In this document: positions 50,927-61,153 of the stretch, one piece after another
Numbering within the stretch: the first letter of the stretch is position 1
Layout of the letters: each line of letters begins with the position of its first letter
NCBI GenBank assembly: GCA_965216315.1
Contig: CBDCFN010000015.1
Span: forward strand, 288,001 to 352,000
DNA length: 64,000 bases
DNA from: a bacterium
Lineage (GTDB): Bacteria > UBA10199 > 2-02-FULL-50-16 > JAJFLM01
Reading direction: 5' to 3'
Notes under the pieces: model-generated
Database searches by the model: none
Told to the model about the DNA's origin: nothing
What the model saw: the letters and a program-made list of their open reading frames with translations, nothing else
Translations under genes and position numbers: made by a program

Positions 50927-52620
50927 CGTTTACTTGTGCCCTGAATACTTTGCCGACCACCCTCGCCGCGAGTGCGAGCATCTTGACGTCTCCGCGCGCC
51001 GTCGATTTCTTGGAGGCCTTTCAGGCCGATCCGGTCAATGGCCAATTAATAGTACCGATTCTTGCGGGAGATGCCAGCACAGCCACTCAAGATCGCTTTC
51101 ATGCGGAACCTTTTGCGGTAGAAAATTTCGCCGCCGTTCATGCGACCGTCACGACGTTGATCGCAGCCCTGCAAAAGCTCTGTGCCGGTCAGCAACGCTG
51201 CAGACTCATATTTGATGAGGTGTACCCGGGGGTTGCCCCACATATTTTTTCGATTCCCGCTAGCCCTGGAGCCTGGGAGGCTCGGCTTTACCAGGATCAC
51301 GGCACACACGCTGAGAGCTATTGGCTAGATTTCTTAAGGTCGGGACGCAAAGTAAGCATCACACTTCAGTATTCTGGTCAGCGGTACTTCGACACGGACA
51401 AGATCATGCTGTTCGGCGACATCTCGTCAGCAAGTATTGAGGTTGACGTCAGCTTTGCCCAGCCCGGGATGCGCGCCGCCCAGAACTCCCGGATGCATTA
51501 CTCCGATTCAAAAAGTAGCTCAGCGTATCTTTTACTATTTCAAGGCTCTCATCTTGATAGCTTGCGCCAGTTTTTGGGGATGGATTTATCACAAGCCTTG
51601 CCGGAACTGTCCGCCGAACTGGTCGAACACTTGGACTATGATCAATATGAAGACTCCGATGATGGCAACCGAAGCTTTTTCTACGATCATTATTCAAGCA
51701 TTGTCACACCCGATCAGCGGGTCACGGTCAGCTGGAATACAGACGATGAACTCGAAGAACCTGATGCCTATGGTCGAGTCCAAACGGAAGAACTCGGCGT
51801 GCAAATAGCTGCAGGAAGCGACGCGGCATCCGCTTTGCGTGACACAGAACGCCAGCTATGGGACTGGGTTCATCACCAAAAGGAGCCAAATCAAGAATTT
51901 CTGGAGTTTCAAGCCCAGTGTCAACGTATCAAGACTCTGCTATTCGCCTCCGGCGTTTTTCCACCAGACCATGCCCTGATAAGCGACCTCAGCGCCCCTA
52001 GCCATCCCGTATGGCATCTGGATGCCGAGAACATGGGGCATGTGCTAGGAGATATATTAAGTCGTATTTACCGTTCTCTCGAAGGATTTGAGTCCGCCGC
52101 CGCGGTTGCGCTCTATTGCCAGTTGCTCCAAGACCCAAAGCTGGGGCTGAGTGATGCTGAAAGTATTGAATATGTCATAGAGCACCTCTTGAATAATCCT
52201 CAAGCAGAGAGTCCTCCGCTGTTTGCAAAGGAAGCTGCACGGTTTCGCATTCTGCGTGCCCTCGTACCGCACCTAGTTCGGAACAACGCGACATACGGCC
52301 TTCTAGATATGCTAAGCGATTTGACATACAGCGCCCTGTTGAAAACCACGTGGTTTCAAGACCACAAAGCCGCTCAGCTCAAACCGCTGGAGGCTTACCC
52401 ACTCAATCCAACAAGAAGCGAAGCCTGGCGCCTGCTGATGGCTGAGATGGATCCGGCAGAACTACTCACGGAGGTCTTAGCCATTTGGACGGAGATAAGC
52501 GAAGAGATATTGCTATACCGTACAGTCGATGAAACCGAACGGGCCCGATTGAACGAAAAATATGAAGCCATGAAAACCTGGCTGACCTTGTGCCTGACAG
52601 GCCAGGGAGGTGAGTCATGA
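50923..52620 (+). CDS. Leader-family protein with shared 'domain X' and helical C-terminus
   Basis: GGAGG SD and ATGA overlap at 50923; MTFTCALNTLPTTLAASA. Confidence 0.82.
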   Translation: MTFTCALNTLPTTLAASASILTSPRAVDFLEAFQADPVNGQLIVPILAGDASTATQDRFHAEPFAVENFAAVHATVTTLIAALQKLCAGQQRCRLIFDEVYPGVAPHIFSIPASPGAWEARLYQDHGTHAESYWLDFLRSGRKVSITLQYSGQRYFDTDKIMLFGDISSASIEVDVSFAQPGMRAAQNSRMHYSDSKSSSAYLLLFQGSHLDSLRQFLGMDLSQALPELSAELVEHLDYDQYEDSDDGNRSFFYDHYSSIVTPDQRVTVSWNTDDELEEPDAYGRVQTEELGVQIAAGSDAASALRDTERQLWDWVHHQKEPNQEFLEFQAQCQRIKTLLFASGVFPPDHALISDLSAPSHPVWHLDAENMGHVLGDILSRIYRSLEGFESAAAVALYCQLLQDPKLGLSDAESIEYVIEHLLNNPQAESPPLFAKEAARFRILRALVPHLVRNNATYGLLDMLSDLTYSALLKTTWFQDHKAAQLKPLEAYPLNPTRSEAWRLLMAEMDPAELLTEVLAIWTEISEEILLYRTVDETERARLNEKYEAMKTWLTLCLTGQGGES

Positions 52621-53780
52621 TCGGTCTGAGTCACATGCTGGCAACACACCTTGCTCTCAACAGTACCCTGCTTGCGAGTACGACCTTTCTCTCGCATTTC
52701 CACAGCACCTTATTGCGCTATGGCATCGACCGTCCCGATGTCTCGATGAGTACAGCGATCAACCGTATGCCTCAGCCACACCGGCTGCTCGGCCGCATCA
52801 CCAAGCCACGACAAAGCGAGGCTGATGCGATCGCCCTCTTCCGCGATCGGCTGCTCGAGAAATTACCGGCCTATGCGGTACCGTTTGGGGATCGCCCGGA
52901 ATGGAATGCCACCATTATCAACGATCTGGCCCAACTAGTACGAAGCAAAATCGACTTGGCGCATGGGCTTCTTGGCCAGCAGAGATTCTTAGTCAGAAGC
53001 TTCACCCCTCGAGCATGGGACGCCGAGAGCTTAGATGAAATCCAGCCGGGTTTTCTCAAGAGTTTTATGGAATACGGTGTTGGACTCGACTACTATGTTA
53101 CTTATTGTTGTGAAGAATTTCGCGAAGCAGATGCCGGTCCTTTCTTCACAGGTGTTTTCGAAAGCGTCGCCACCGCAGCCAGTCGTTCTCGAGCGATCGG
53201 CATCCATAATGTCCTGAGCATGGTGCGCTCACTGGTTTATTTTGGCTTCGCGGACCTTGTGAGTGATCAAGTGAATCCCATCGCCATCATTGAAAAGGAA
53301 CCGGGCACGGGCCCGGAAAGCATCATTGAACTGGTCCGGATTCTAGGCCAGAGCCCATCACCCGACGCCTGCATCGGAGAACTGATCAAAGACTTTACGG
53401 GATATCACTGGCCGGACCGGCCCGGACCACCTGCCAGCCCTTATCGGCCCCAACATGTTTTGGAGCTCGCGCGGGCCATTTCGGCGGCCAAGATCACCGC
53501 ATTTCGACGCGGTTTTTTCCTGGTTGAGTTGCTGAAAATGACGCATTTTCAAGAATGGTGGAAGTCGTGTCAGCAAGGTGTCTATCCGGATCCGATTATC
53601 GCCAGCGTCGACATATTCATTGAGACAGTCATTGAAGCTTCAGGCCGTCGTCAGGCCGGTCCGGTAGTAGAGGAATTATGTCTCCGCTTCAACTCAACGA
53701 TGGAAAGTCTCGTCCAAGCGCGTTGGCAGCATTTTGAAAATGAAAATCCGTCACCTCCAGAAGAGGGGCCTTACCGATGA
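52617..53780 (+). CDS. Leader-family orphan protein
   Basis: ATGA overlap; LALNSTLLAST. Confidence 0.8.
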   Translation: MIGLSHMLATHLALNSTLLASTTFLSHFHSTLLRYGIDRPDVSMSTAINRMPQPHRLLGRITKPRQSEADAIALFRDRLLEKLPAYAVPFGDRPEWNATIINDLAQLVRSKIDLAHGLLGQQRFLVRSFTPRAWDAESLDEIQPGFLKSFMEYGVGLDYYVTYCCEEFREADAGPFFTGVFESVATAASRSRAIGIHNVLSMVRSLVYFGFADLVSDQVNPIAIIEKEPGTGPESIIELVRILGQSPSPDACIGELIKDFTGYHWPDRPGPPASPYRPQHVLELARAISAAKITAFRRGFFLVELLKMTHFQEWWKSCQQGVYPDPIIASVDIFIETVIEASGRRQAGPVVEELCLRFNSTMESLVQARWQHFENENPSPPEEGPYR

Positions 53781-54895
53781 GGTTTATTTATTCCTTGAAT
53801 TGTTTACCTGCCACGCTCGCCGCGTGTATGGCTTCCCCATCAATCGGCTACATAGAGCGCTCACTCAATCCGCCGGATGTCTTGGCCATGCCCGAGCCCG
53901 AGGCGTCGCTTTTTTGTTCAGCCCGATCCGATGATTTGTTGCGGTTAAGTCCCGGCAATCCCATCGGTGCCTGCTATCATGACGGTTCGTTTCGACTGTT
54001 CGGCCTCGACAAATTAACGACCACCGACGTGATCGGAACACTTTGCGATCGAAGGCCGCCTAGCTTCATTTTACGACTCGATGATTTAATTACAATGCGA
54101 CTTGAGAAACGAATCTTTGAGGGACCTGTAAGCGGGCTAGTTCCCATCCTAAAAGAATTCTCACGTAGATCTTGGACAAGTCGATTGGAATATAAAGCGC
54201 TGATGTGGTCGTGCGAGCGGCTCAAGCAGGAAACATCTTTTGATAGCATTGAAGAAATCGAAGTTTTTTTTGAAGCGATCGAAGCGTTTTCAGTAGCTCC
54301 AGTCTTTCCAAGGGGTCAATCACTCGGAGAACTCAAGCTAAGCGTTTACTACGCATTACTAAAAGCAGTGGAACGTTTTCTGCCTATGGGAGATGTTACT
54401 TTGTATAATCGTATCCTTAGAGCCATCCCGGCAAGTTATTATGATCACTTATGCCGGGCAGAAGACGCTATATTCCGCCTGGAGAGCGCCGCCAATTTCG
54501 GTCTCAAGCAGCGACTCCAGATCTTTCAATGTCTACTCGAAATCACAACGGCACATTACCAGGCGCAGAATGTTTTCATGATGGAAGAACAACTCGCTGG
54601 GTTAATGGGACGTACGCGAAGAGGGTTGATAGGCACAAAAAATGCGTCAAGGCTGACTGAGCAAACAGAAATAGTGCACCGTATCTGGCAGATGCTTGCG
54701 AACGTCGATAGTCTTCATGAAATTGTTTCCCAACACCTAAAAGAACTCCTGAATCACATTGAAAACGGTGTCATTACAGCGCCTCATTATTACGCATCTG
54801 GTTCACGCGACAACGTCATTAAGAACCACAAACTACACGCGGCACTGATCCATATACGTGATACCATGGAAACAAAGCGTGGAGACAGCGCATGA
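53777..54895 (+). CDS. Leader-family protein with 'domain Y'
   Basis: ATGA overlap; YSLNCLPATLAAC...YIERSLNPPDVLAMPEP..SLFCS. Confidence 0.82.
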   Translation: MRFIYSLNCLPATLAACMASPSIGYIERSLNPPDVLAMPEPEASLFCSARSDDLLRLSPGNPIGACYHDGSFRLFGLDKLTTTDVIGTLCDRRPPSFILRLDDLITMRLEKRIFEGPVSGLVPILKEFSRRSWTSRLEYKALMWSCERLKQETSFDSIEEIEVFFEAIEAFSVAPVFPRGQSLGELKLSVYYALLKAVERFLPMGDVTLYNRILRAIPASYYDHLCRAEDAIFRLESAANFGLKQRLQIFQCLLEITTAHYQAQNVFMMEEQLAGLMGRTRRGLIGTKNASRLTEQTEIVHRIWQMLANVDSLHEIVSQHLKELLNHIENGVITAPHYYASGSRDNVIKNHKLHAALIHIRDTMETKRGDSA

Positions 54896-55536
54896 CGTTC
54901 CTAGCTGTTAACCCACTTGCCATTACACCCGCGCTCGCCGCGAGTGCGACGAATATGAATTACTTGTCGCGCGCACTGAATCCGGCGGACGTGCTGGCAA
55001 TGCCGGATCCCAACGTTTCGCATTTTTGTCAGGTGAGTGGTGAGGACGGTTCTGGAAATCCACTGTTGGCCTCTTACGCTCCGGGGCACTTCCGAATCTT
55101 TGGCCTTCCACTATCGACCTCCCAAAAGGCAAATCTACTGACTCACAATGACGGATTGTTTAGGCAGCTCAATAATCTCCTCCAGGTTTCGGTCGCAGGC
55201 CGCGGAGTCGACCAGCTAAAGCCACTTTTGCTCGCTCTCTGTGATGCATGGGATGATGCCGACGGCTATCAGAAAAAGTATCTCGATGAAATCGACATAG
55301 CCATTCACGATATCCTCTCATCACCCGCGGCTTATGCAGGGCTTGATGACATGCGCGCGTTACTTCGCTGGGTTCGACGCTTGCCAAGTCAATCACACAC
55401 CTATGAGACACAGTTGATCGTTTATTCGGCCCTGCTTTGCGTACTTGATGACCGAGATGACTTTCTCGACATGGCAGAGGAAGCCGAGGACTTGTATGAA
55501 CTTATTATGGAACTCGTTCCCGATGAGTGGAAATGA
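54892..55536 (+). CDS. Leader-family protein, shorter paralog of 53777..54895
   Basis: ATGA overlap; PALAASA..NYLSRALNPADVLAMPDP..SHFC; GNP..A.Y..G.FR.FGL. Confidence 0.8.
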   Translation: MTFLAVNPLAITPALAASATNMNYLSRALNPADVLAMPDPNVSHFCQVSGEDGSGNPLLASYAPGHFRIFGLPLSTSQKANLLTHNDGLFRQLNNLLQVSVAGRGVDQLKPLLLALCDAWDDADGYQKKYLDEIDIAIHDILSSPAAYAGLDDMRALLRWVRRLPSQSHTYETQLIVYSALLCVLDDRDDFLDMAEEAEDLYELIMELVPDEWK

Positions 55537-56657
55537 TGAACGTCTCCTCCATCAACTATGCCCTCAACAGCACCGTACTTGCGAATACGATGGGGATGTC
55601 TTATCTCGGGCAGTTCATGAACCCGGCGGACCCGACGGTCATGCCGATGCCCAGGGATGTTTTCATTTGTTCGGCCCACAACGGCGATGACAATGACGGC
55701 GGGGGATCCGCCCCGGAACGGGAGACGCCGACTCTGTTTGACCTGATACTAAATAACAATGAGCGTGATATCGCGACGCTCTTGAAACGCACGGTGCAAA
55801 CGCCGCGACAACGGCTGCGCCAATTAGACGCCGAACTCCAACGCGTGCTCGCTTATGGGGAACCCTTGACGGAGAAACAGCGTGGGCTCTTGTTGTTTCG
55901 CGGCCTTCAATCAACGTGCTGGGATGAGTTGTTTGAACCGGATTTCGAGCAGGTACGTCTCTATGTTCCGGCAGTCAGCTGGGACCTGATGGCGCCGCAG
56001 GGCTTTCGTGTTACTAAGGCGCCGCTGGCGGCGGAAAACAGCGCCAACCTGCTGGCAATGGGTCGAATGCTGCTTGCCGCCGCTCGAGTGATGGATCAAC
56101 TGCGCTTGTGGGAGGCGGGACCGCGGCCTGAAGCCGGCCCGGAACGTGGCTGGCATATCGAGGGGTCGCGGCTCTTGCTCGCGGCGCCTAATGACATCAT
56201 GATCGAAATGGTGTTTGCCGCGGACTGTCGCGCCCTGCGTCTCAAAGTGGCTCAGGCCCAGAACGACGGCTTGATTGAGCTCGCATTGACGCATGCCGTG
56301 GCGGCCGGAACCCTGCAACCCCCCTTGTTCGAAGTCGTCATGGCGAGCACGGCGGTCGACCAACTCAAACAGTATTGTGGCCTTAGTCGAGGCGCGGCGC
56401 CTTTCGATCTTGCGGCGGGGCTGTTGGCACGCCTCCAATTCCGAGTGATCAGTGTCTTTCGTGACGATCAGGATTTTTTCGAGGTCATCGGGGAAATACG
56501 AAGCCACCGAATGCGGATTCGTGTCGGAGTGGCAACGGATCCTGATGCGGGTCTTGGAGTCGAGATGGCACTCTGGTCGAATCCCGGCCAGCGGGCGCGT
56601 CTTCATGGCGAGCCCCTGATTTTTTTGAACTGGATCAAAGGATTGCGTGAGTCATGA
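55533..56657 (+). CDS. Leader-family protein with 'domain X'
   Basis: ATGA overlap; YALNSTVLANT...YLGQFMNPADPTVMPMP..VFICS. Confidence 0.82.
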   Translation: MMNVSSINYALNSTVLANTMGMSYLGQFMNPADPTVMPMPRDVFICSAHNGDDNDGGGSAPERETPTLFDLILNNNERDIATLLKRTVQTPRQRLRQLDAELQRVLAYGEPLTEKQRGLLLFRGLQSTCWDELFEPDFEQVRLYVPAVSWDLMAPQGFRVTKAPLAAENSANLLAMGRMLLAAARVMDQLRLWEAGPRPEAGPERGWHIEGSRLLLAAPNDIMIEMVFAADCRALRLKVAQAQNDGLIELALTHAVAAGTLQPPLFEVVMASTAVDQLKQYCGLSRGAAPFDLAAGLLARLQFRVISVFRDDQDFFEVIGEIRSHRMRIRVGVATDPDAGLGVEMALWSNPGQRARLHGEPLIFLNWIKGLRES

Positions 56658-57490
56658 CGTTGCCGACGGCCGCGACGATGGTGCAATGGTTTCAACCCTT
56701 GGCTGCCTTGTATCTGCGCCATGCGGATCAGCTCGGGATCGACCAGCGCTATTTCACGACGACGGAGGAGGCCTTGCAGCACTTTCGCGCGCGCGCGCTG
56801 ACGGGTGAAGGCGCCGTGTCCGATGAACCGCGCCGTATCGCCCATCACCTCGTGCGGCATTTTGATAGCAACGCCTGGGCGGCGCAATTGAGCGGGCGTA
56901 CTGAACCCTGCCGGCGCGCTCTTTGGGACACGGTACAGGATGCGGCACAGGCCTTCAGCGCCTTAGGGGTGCACACCTTGGTGCGGAACAAGTCCGAGCG
57001 CCAGTGGGTCGATGAGATTGCGGCCTGGCGCGGGCGCCGTTTTGGGGACGCGCTGCACACGCCCTTGATACCGGCTCCCGGGCTAGAGAGGACATCTTTC
57101 GTGGACCAGTTGCAGCGTTCTTTAGATGGTGATCGCGATTGGTCCGATCGCTTCGCCATGCAGGTATGGGTCCATTATATCGGGGCGATGGCGGCGGTCG
57201 GTGACGGCGCAGCCGTGAATCTGCTGCTCAGTATCTATCAGGAAAGCGCAGGCCCGACACCCGGCGATGATCACGCGTTTCGTTCGGTCTTGGCCTCGGA
57301 ATTGGAATGGGTTTCCGATCGAAGGGCGGTGTTGGCGTTATTAAACGAAGCGCAGCGCAAGACGGCGCATTGGAGCAATGTCCTGCGCCAGCGCATCGGC
57401 TTGGAGCTCGGCCTGGAGGCCATTATCGCCACTGAACGGGCGGAGCGAGCCCAATGGCGGCTGGAGGCGGCAGGCGAACCGGGTGACTAG
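56654..57490 (+). CDS. Helical orphan protein, last gene of the array
   Basis: ATGA overlap; lacks the clear ALNS leader. Confidence 0.72.
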   Translation: MTLPTAATMVQWFQPLAALYLRHADQLGIDQRYFTTTEEALQHFRARALTGEGAVSDEPRRIAHHLVRHFDSNAWAAQLSGRTEPCRRALWDTVQDAAQAFSALGVHTLVRNKSERQWVDEIAAWRGRRFGDALHTPLIPAPGLERTSFVDQLQRSLDGDRDWSDRFAMQVWVHYIGAMAAVGDGAAVNLLLSIYQESAGPTPGDDHAFRSVLASELEWVSDRRAVLALLNEAQRKTAHWSNVLRQRIGLELGLEAIIATERAERAQWRLEAAGEPGD

Positions 57491-57533
57491 AGTGACTTGC
57501 CTTTAGCCCCACCATTATAGGAGGATTCCGCGC

Positions 57534-58337
57534 ATGCAAATTATCTATCTCATTTTAGGGGTGGCCGCCTTGGCCTTCGGGGGACTAACCATTTATCTGC
57601 GGGTCAAACGGCCGGAGAAACTCTGGAAACTCAAAGCGATGATCGAACGCTGGGGAGAGGTCCCGGGCAAGACGATCCACATCGTCGCCTATTCCTTATT
57701 ACCGATCTGGGTCGGCCTGGTCCTGGTCTTTGCCGGCATCGGGATTTCGCTTCCGAGCGGGACCCAACAAGCCGAGCTCAATCAGATCCTCGACGTCTTT
57801 AACGCCGGTGATCTCGACGCGAGTCGCACCCAACTCGAGGCCTTCTTGGCGAAACATCCGGAGCACGAAATTGCGCTGATCTTGTTGGGTCACGTCAATT
57901 ATGACCAGGGCAAGTTGGAGGCGGCGGAACAAAGCTACCAGCGGGCGATCACGGCCTCGGGCGGGAAGAGTTTTCGAGCCCATAATGCCATCGCTATTCT
58001 GTATGAAGCTGGGAACCAATTAGAACGTGCGGAAACCCATTACAATAAGTCGATTGAACTCAATCCCAAATATGCTCATGCCTATTCGGGGCTCGCCGTC
58101 GTGAAACTAAAAAATTCCGAGGACGAGGCCGCCCTCAAGTTGGCCCAAAAAGCCTATACCCTCAATAAAAAGGATGCCGTTATCGCCTCCAACCTGGCAG
58201 TAGCGTACCACTACAACCAGAACGTGACCGAACGCGACAAGATGGTCAAGCGGGCCGCGGAACTGGGCTATGCAAACGTCAAGGATCTCCAGCAGATCTT
58301 CAGTGGTGAGTTGACCATCCGCCCATCCGCGCCCTAG
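57534..58337 (+). CDS. Membrane-anchored TPR protein
   Basis: AGGAGG SD; two TM segments followed by TPR repeats. Confidence 0.85.
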   Translation: MQIIYLILGVAALAFGGLTIYLRVKRPEKLWKLKAMIERWGEVPGKTIHIVAYSLLPIWVGLVLVFAGIGISLPSGTQQAELNQILDVFNAGDLDASRTQLEAFLAKHPEHEIALILLGHVNYDQGKLEAAEQSYQRAITASGGKSFRAHNAIAILYEAGNQLERAETHYNKSIELNPKYAHAYSGLAVVKLKNSEDEAALKLAQKAYTLNKKDAVIASNLAVAYHYNQNVTERDKMVKRAAELGYANVKDLQQIFSGELTIRPSAP

Positions 58338-61051
58338 CGCGGACTAAAAAAGGGACTCTCCGATTCTATTTCAGGTTCAGGTAACTGCTTCGTGTTGATG
58401 GGTTCGATGGGCACCGATCCGCCTCCCTCGCCTGACGCACCACCACAACGATCCGGGTTGGCGCGACAGAAGGCATCCATTAAAGAGCTCCCGGGATCAC
58501 CTGCCGGACTACCGGCGCCGCCCGCGAGGCCGCCGCTGCAACAGGCTGCCAGCTGCGTCATGCTACTCGTGATGCCGAGTGGGTTGTTGAGCATGGTGGT
58601 CCCATCACACATCACCGTCGAACACGCCATGGTTTGGGTCAGATCATACAGCAAGTGCGGGGCACAGACGGCTCCAATCCCAAAAGCACCGGTGTTCTCC
58701 TCACAGTAGGCACGGGTGCCTCCTGTCGAGCTGCACGGGTCGCGGTTGATTGGGCCGGGCGGTTGTTCAATGCATTGGGTGAGGCGTTTATGGACAACGT
58801 CGGCGTAACTACAGCCGGATAGACCGCAGTGGCTGCTATCAGCACCGCAACTGAACATTGGGCCCGCGCGGGAATAAATGTCGCGAAGGACGCGATCAGT
58901 CCGTGCGGTATTGGTGGGATCGAAAGATCGGCCTCCCTCCGCGTCTATCAGGCTGTCCAATGCAATTACAATGCTTGCAGACATGACAGCACGCTGGATG
59001 GCTGCTGATCCTTGACGGTAGGTCGTTGCGTCAACCCAGACCTCCAGCGTTCCATCGGGATTAGTCCTGATTTGGAACCCGAAGTCACTGCCACTATCAC
59101 CTCCCACGTGGACACGGATATTGCCATGCGACATATCGTAAGCTGCTTTGGAGATGGCTGAAATAGCCTTGTATTCGAGATTGTCAGGAACCCGTTGTCG
59201 GGGGACCCCGTAGCGATCGGCGGCGACGCGCGCTACTTGTTGGGCTAAAGGCGTGTCCTCGCCACCGAAGCCAGCCGCATCCGCCTCTGCATCATCAGCC
59301 CTATCTTGTACGTCACCGGCCGCCTCTCTCACGGTCTCCTCTTGTTCCGCGCGGACTTCCGGGGGCGGCGGGGGATCATCCTCATCATCCGAAGCAATCT
59401 TCACCTGACAATAGGGATTATTCGCCAGCGGTGCGGTGAATATTTCAACGGGGATGGTGCCACCCAGGGCCTCCATCGTGCACTGAAATAAGCGCGCTTC
59501 TTCTTGATTCGCAGAAAACTTGGAGCCTTGCGAGAGGCGTCGCCCGCGGCACTGTCCCGCCGCATCGAAGCCGGCCTGGCTGTTGCCGTCACCGGAGGCA
59601 CAATTGCCCTCGCCTCCGGTCGCAGTCGACGGATCCAATGCGGCGCGTAGGTCCGCACTCCTTTGCGGGCGGGAAGGGGCCGCACCGGACGGAAAGAAGT
59701 TGTTTTGTGGCCCGGATAGTTTACCTAACTGCGAAATATCCCAATTGGATCGAGCCGTGGCGCCAGAGGCGCCTCCGGAGGCACAGGATTGCGGACAGAG
59801 ATTATTGTTGGCGCTCCGCTGAAGTAGAAAACAGGTGGCGTCGGCGTCGATCCGGTTGAGCAGCCCTTTGTCGATGAAGTCCAAGGGGTTCTCAAGTTCG
59901 ACTTTGACGAGGCGGTCTTGACTCAGGTCAAATAGGACAATTCCGTAGTTCTGAGCATCGAGTGAAAATTTATCGCCGAGCGTCTCGGCCAAGGTCCTAA
60001 TAAGGGGCATGTCTGCGTCAGTGGCCATCTCCGGATTGAACAGCGACAGCTTGGCCCGCAAGATCTCCAAGTTTGGCTGTGGACTGACGGCACCCGCCAA
60101 GTCGTTTAACTGCACGGTCAAGGGCAGCACACCATTTAGATGATGCAGGGCCAAGATACGTCGATCCGATTCGATCAGTTGCTGGACTAAATCCAAGGTG
60201 ATGGCATGATGGAGTGAATTGGCTCGGACGATGTCGGAACCGCGAATTTTCATAAAGCGCTCATGAAAGTCAGAGTTAGCCTGCCACGCGGCACCGATAT
60301 TTCCATGATGATAGGCGACCAAGAAGCGAATCAGGGCGTAATCGATGCCGTTATCTCCCTCGGGAAACATCTCACTCTGGATCTCACCAAAAGGGCCTAT
60401 GCCGGCCGCTGGCAGTTCGGAATAGAAGCGAGCGCCTTGCAGCCAGGCCAGGGTCTCGAGCGATGCTTTCAAGTCGGTATCCGGGGTAATCGTCGCGTCG
60501 GTGGGGAGCTGAGCGAAGAGCTGGCGAATCACGGCCCCGAGTTGTTCCGTCAGCTGACGCTGCTTGATATCGTTTATAGACTCCTCCACGCGGGGCCTCT
60601 CCGCCGTTTCTGTCTTTAGTTCGGCCTCTGGTCGTTTGGCGTCGATAGTAACGGAGTTTTGAGTCGACGTGTTCTTATCTCCGCTGCTAAAAAAGTCGAG
60701 CGGCAATCTACTCAGAATATTTTTTAAGAACGACGACGTTTGCGCTGGTGCTGGCGTTGCGGCGACCAGGGGATACATGTCGCGAATTATGCTGGCGAGC
60801 CCTTGTCCGGCGCCAATCACGCGCTGCCGTTCAAAGTGGATATAGGCGTCCAGGTACTGGTGCAGTTGCTGTAGTGACGTGGGGGGTGCCGCCGTTCGGC
60901 TTACGTCACGTAATGCCATGGGCGCAGGCCTGATTTGTTTGAGTGAGGTTTCGGTTTTTGGTGCCGCACTCAGCGGTGTGGCGGTGAGGCCGACGATGAA
61001 GAGGCTAAGGACCGCAATGAGATACCAACTGGATCGATGAATGTGTCGCAT
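58334..61051 (-). CDS. Large secreted Cys-rich hypothetical protein
   Basis: GAGGAG SD before ATG 61051; Sec signal (YLIAVLSLFIVGLTATPLSA); many Cys in the C-terminal half. Confidence 0.8.
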   Translation of the reverse strand: MRHIHRSSWYLIAVLSLFIVGLTATPLSAAPKTETSLKQIRPAPMALRDVSRTAAPPTSLQQLHQYLDAYIHFERQRVIGAGQGLASIIRDMYPLVAATPAPAQTSSFLKNILSRLPLDFFSSGDKNTSTQNSVTIDAKRPEAELKTETAERPRVEESINDIKQRQLTEQLGAVIRQLFAQLPTDATITPDTDLKASLETLAWLQGARFYSELPAAGIGPFGEIQSEMFPEGDNGIDYALIRFLVAYHHGNIGAAWQANSDFHERFMKIRGSDIVRANSLHHAITLDLVQQLIESDRRILALHHLNGVLPLTVQLNDLAGAVSPQPNLEILRAKLSLFNPEMATDADMPLIRTLAETLGDKFSLDAQNYGIVLFDLSQDRLVKVELENPLDFIDKGLLNRIDADATCFLLQRSANNNLCPQSCASGGASGATARSNWDISQLGKLSGPQNNFFPSGAAPSRPQRSADLRAALDPSTATGGEGNCASGDGNSQAGFDAAGQCRGRRLSQGSKFSANQEEARLFQCTMEALGGTIPVEIFTAPLANNPYCQVKIASDDEDDPPPPPEVRAEQEETVREAAGDVQDRADDAEADAAGFGGEDTPLAQQVARVAADRYGVPRQRVPDNLEYKAISAISKAAYDMSHGNIRVHVGGDSGSDFGFQIRTNPDGTLEVWVDATTYRQGSAAIQRAVMSASIVIALDSLIDAEGGRSFDPTNTARTDRVLRDIYSRAGPMFSCGADSSHCGLSGCSYADVVHKRLTQCIEQPPGPINRDPCSSTGGTRAYCEENTGAFGIGAVCAPHLLYDLTQTMACSTVMCDGTTMLNNPLGITSSMTQLAACCSGGLAGGAGSPAGDPGSSLMDAFCRANPDRCGGASGEGGGSVPIEPINTKQLPEPEIESESPFFSPR

Positions 61052-61079
61052 GTTCAAGTTCTCCTCAACGCTAGATCGC

Positions 61080-61095
61080 TGCAATATGAGTGCCA
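61080..61095 (-). promoter_or_regulatory. Sigma54 -24/-12 promoter
   Basis: Minus strand TGGCACTCATATTGCA (GG-N10-GC). Confidence 0.8.
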
Positions 61096-61153
61096 TGGCG
61101 AAATAATATATATATCTGAAAAATATAGAGTTTGTAAGAAATTTAGACAGAAC

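Noticed and set aside
49289..57490. Array as an integron cassette array or toxin-immunity pairs
   Set aside because: The genes overlap by ATGA, leaving no attC sites; no integrase, small immunity ORFs or recognisable toxin motifs were seen.
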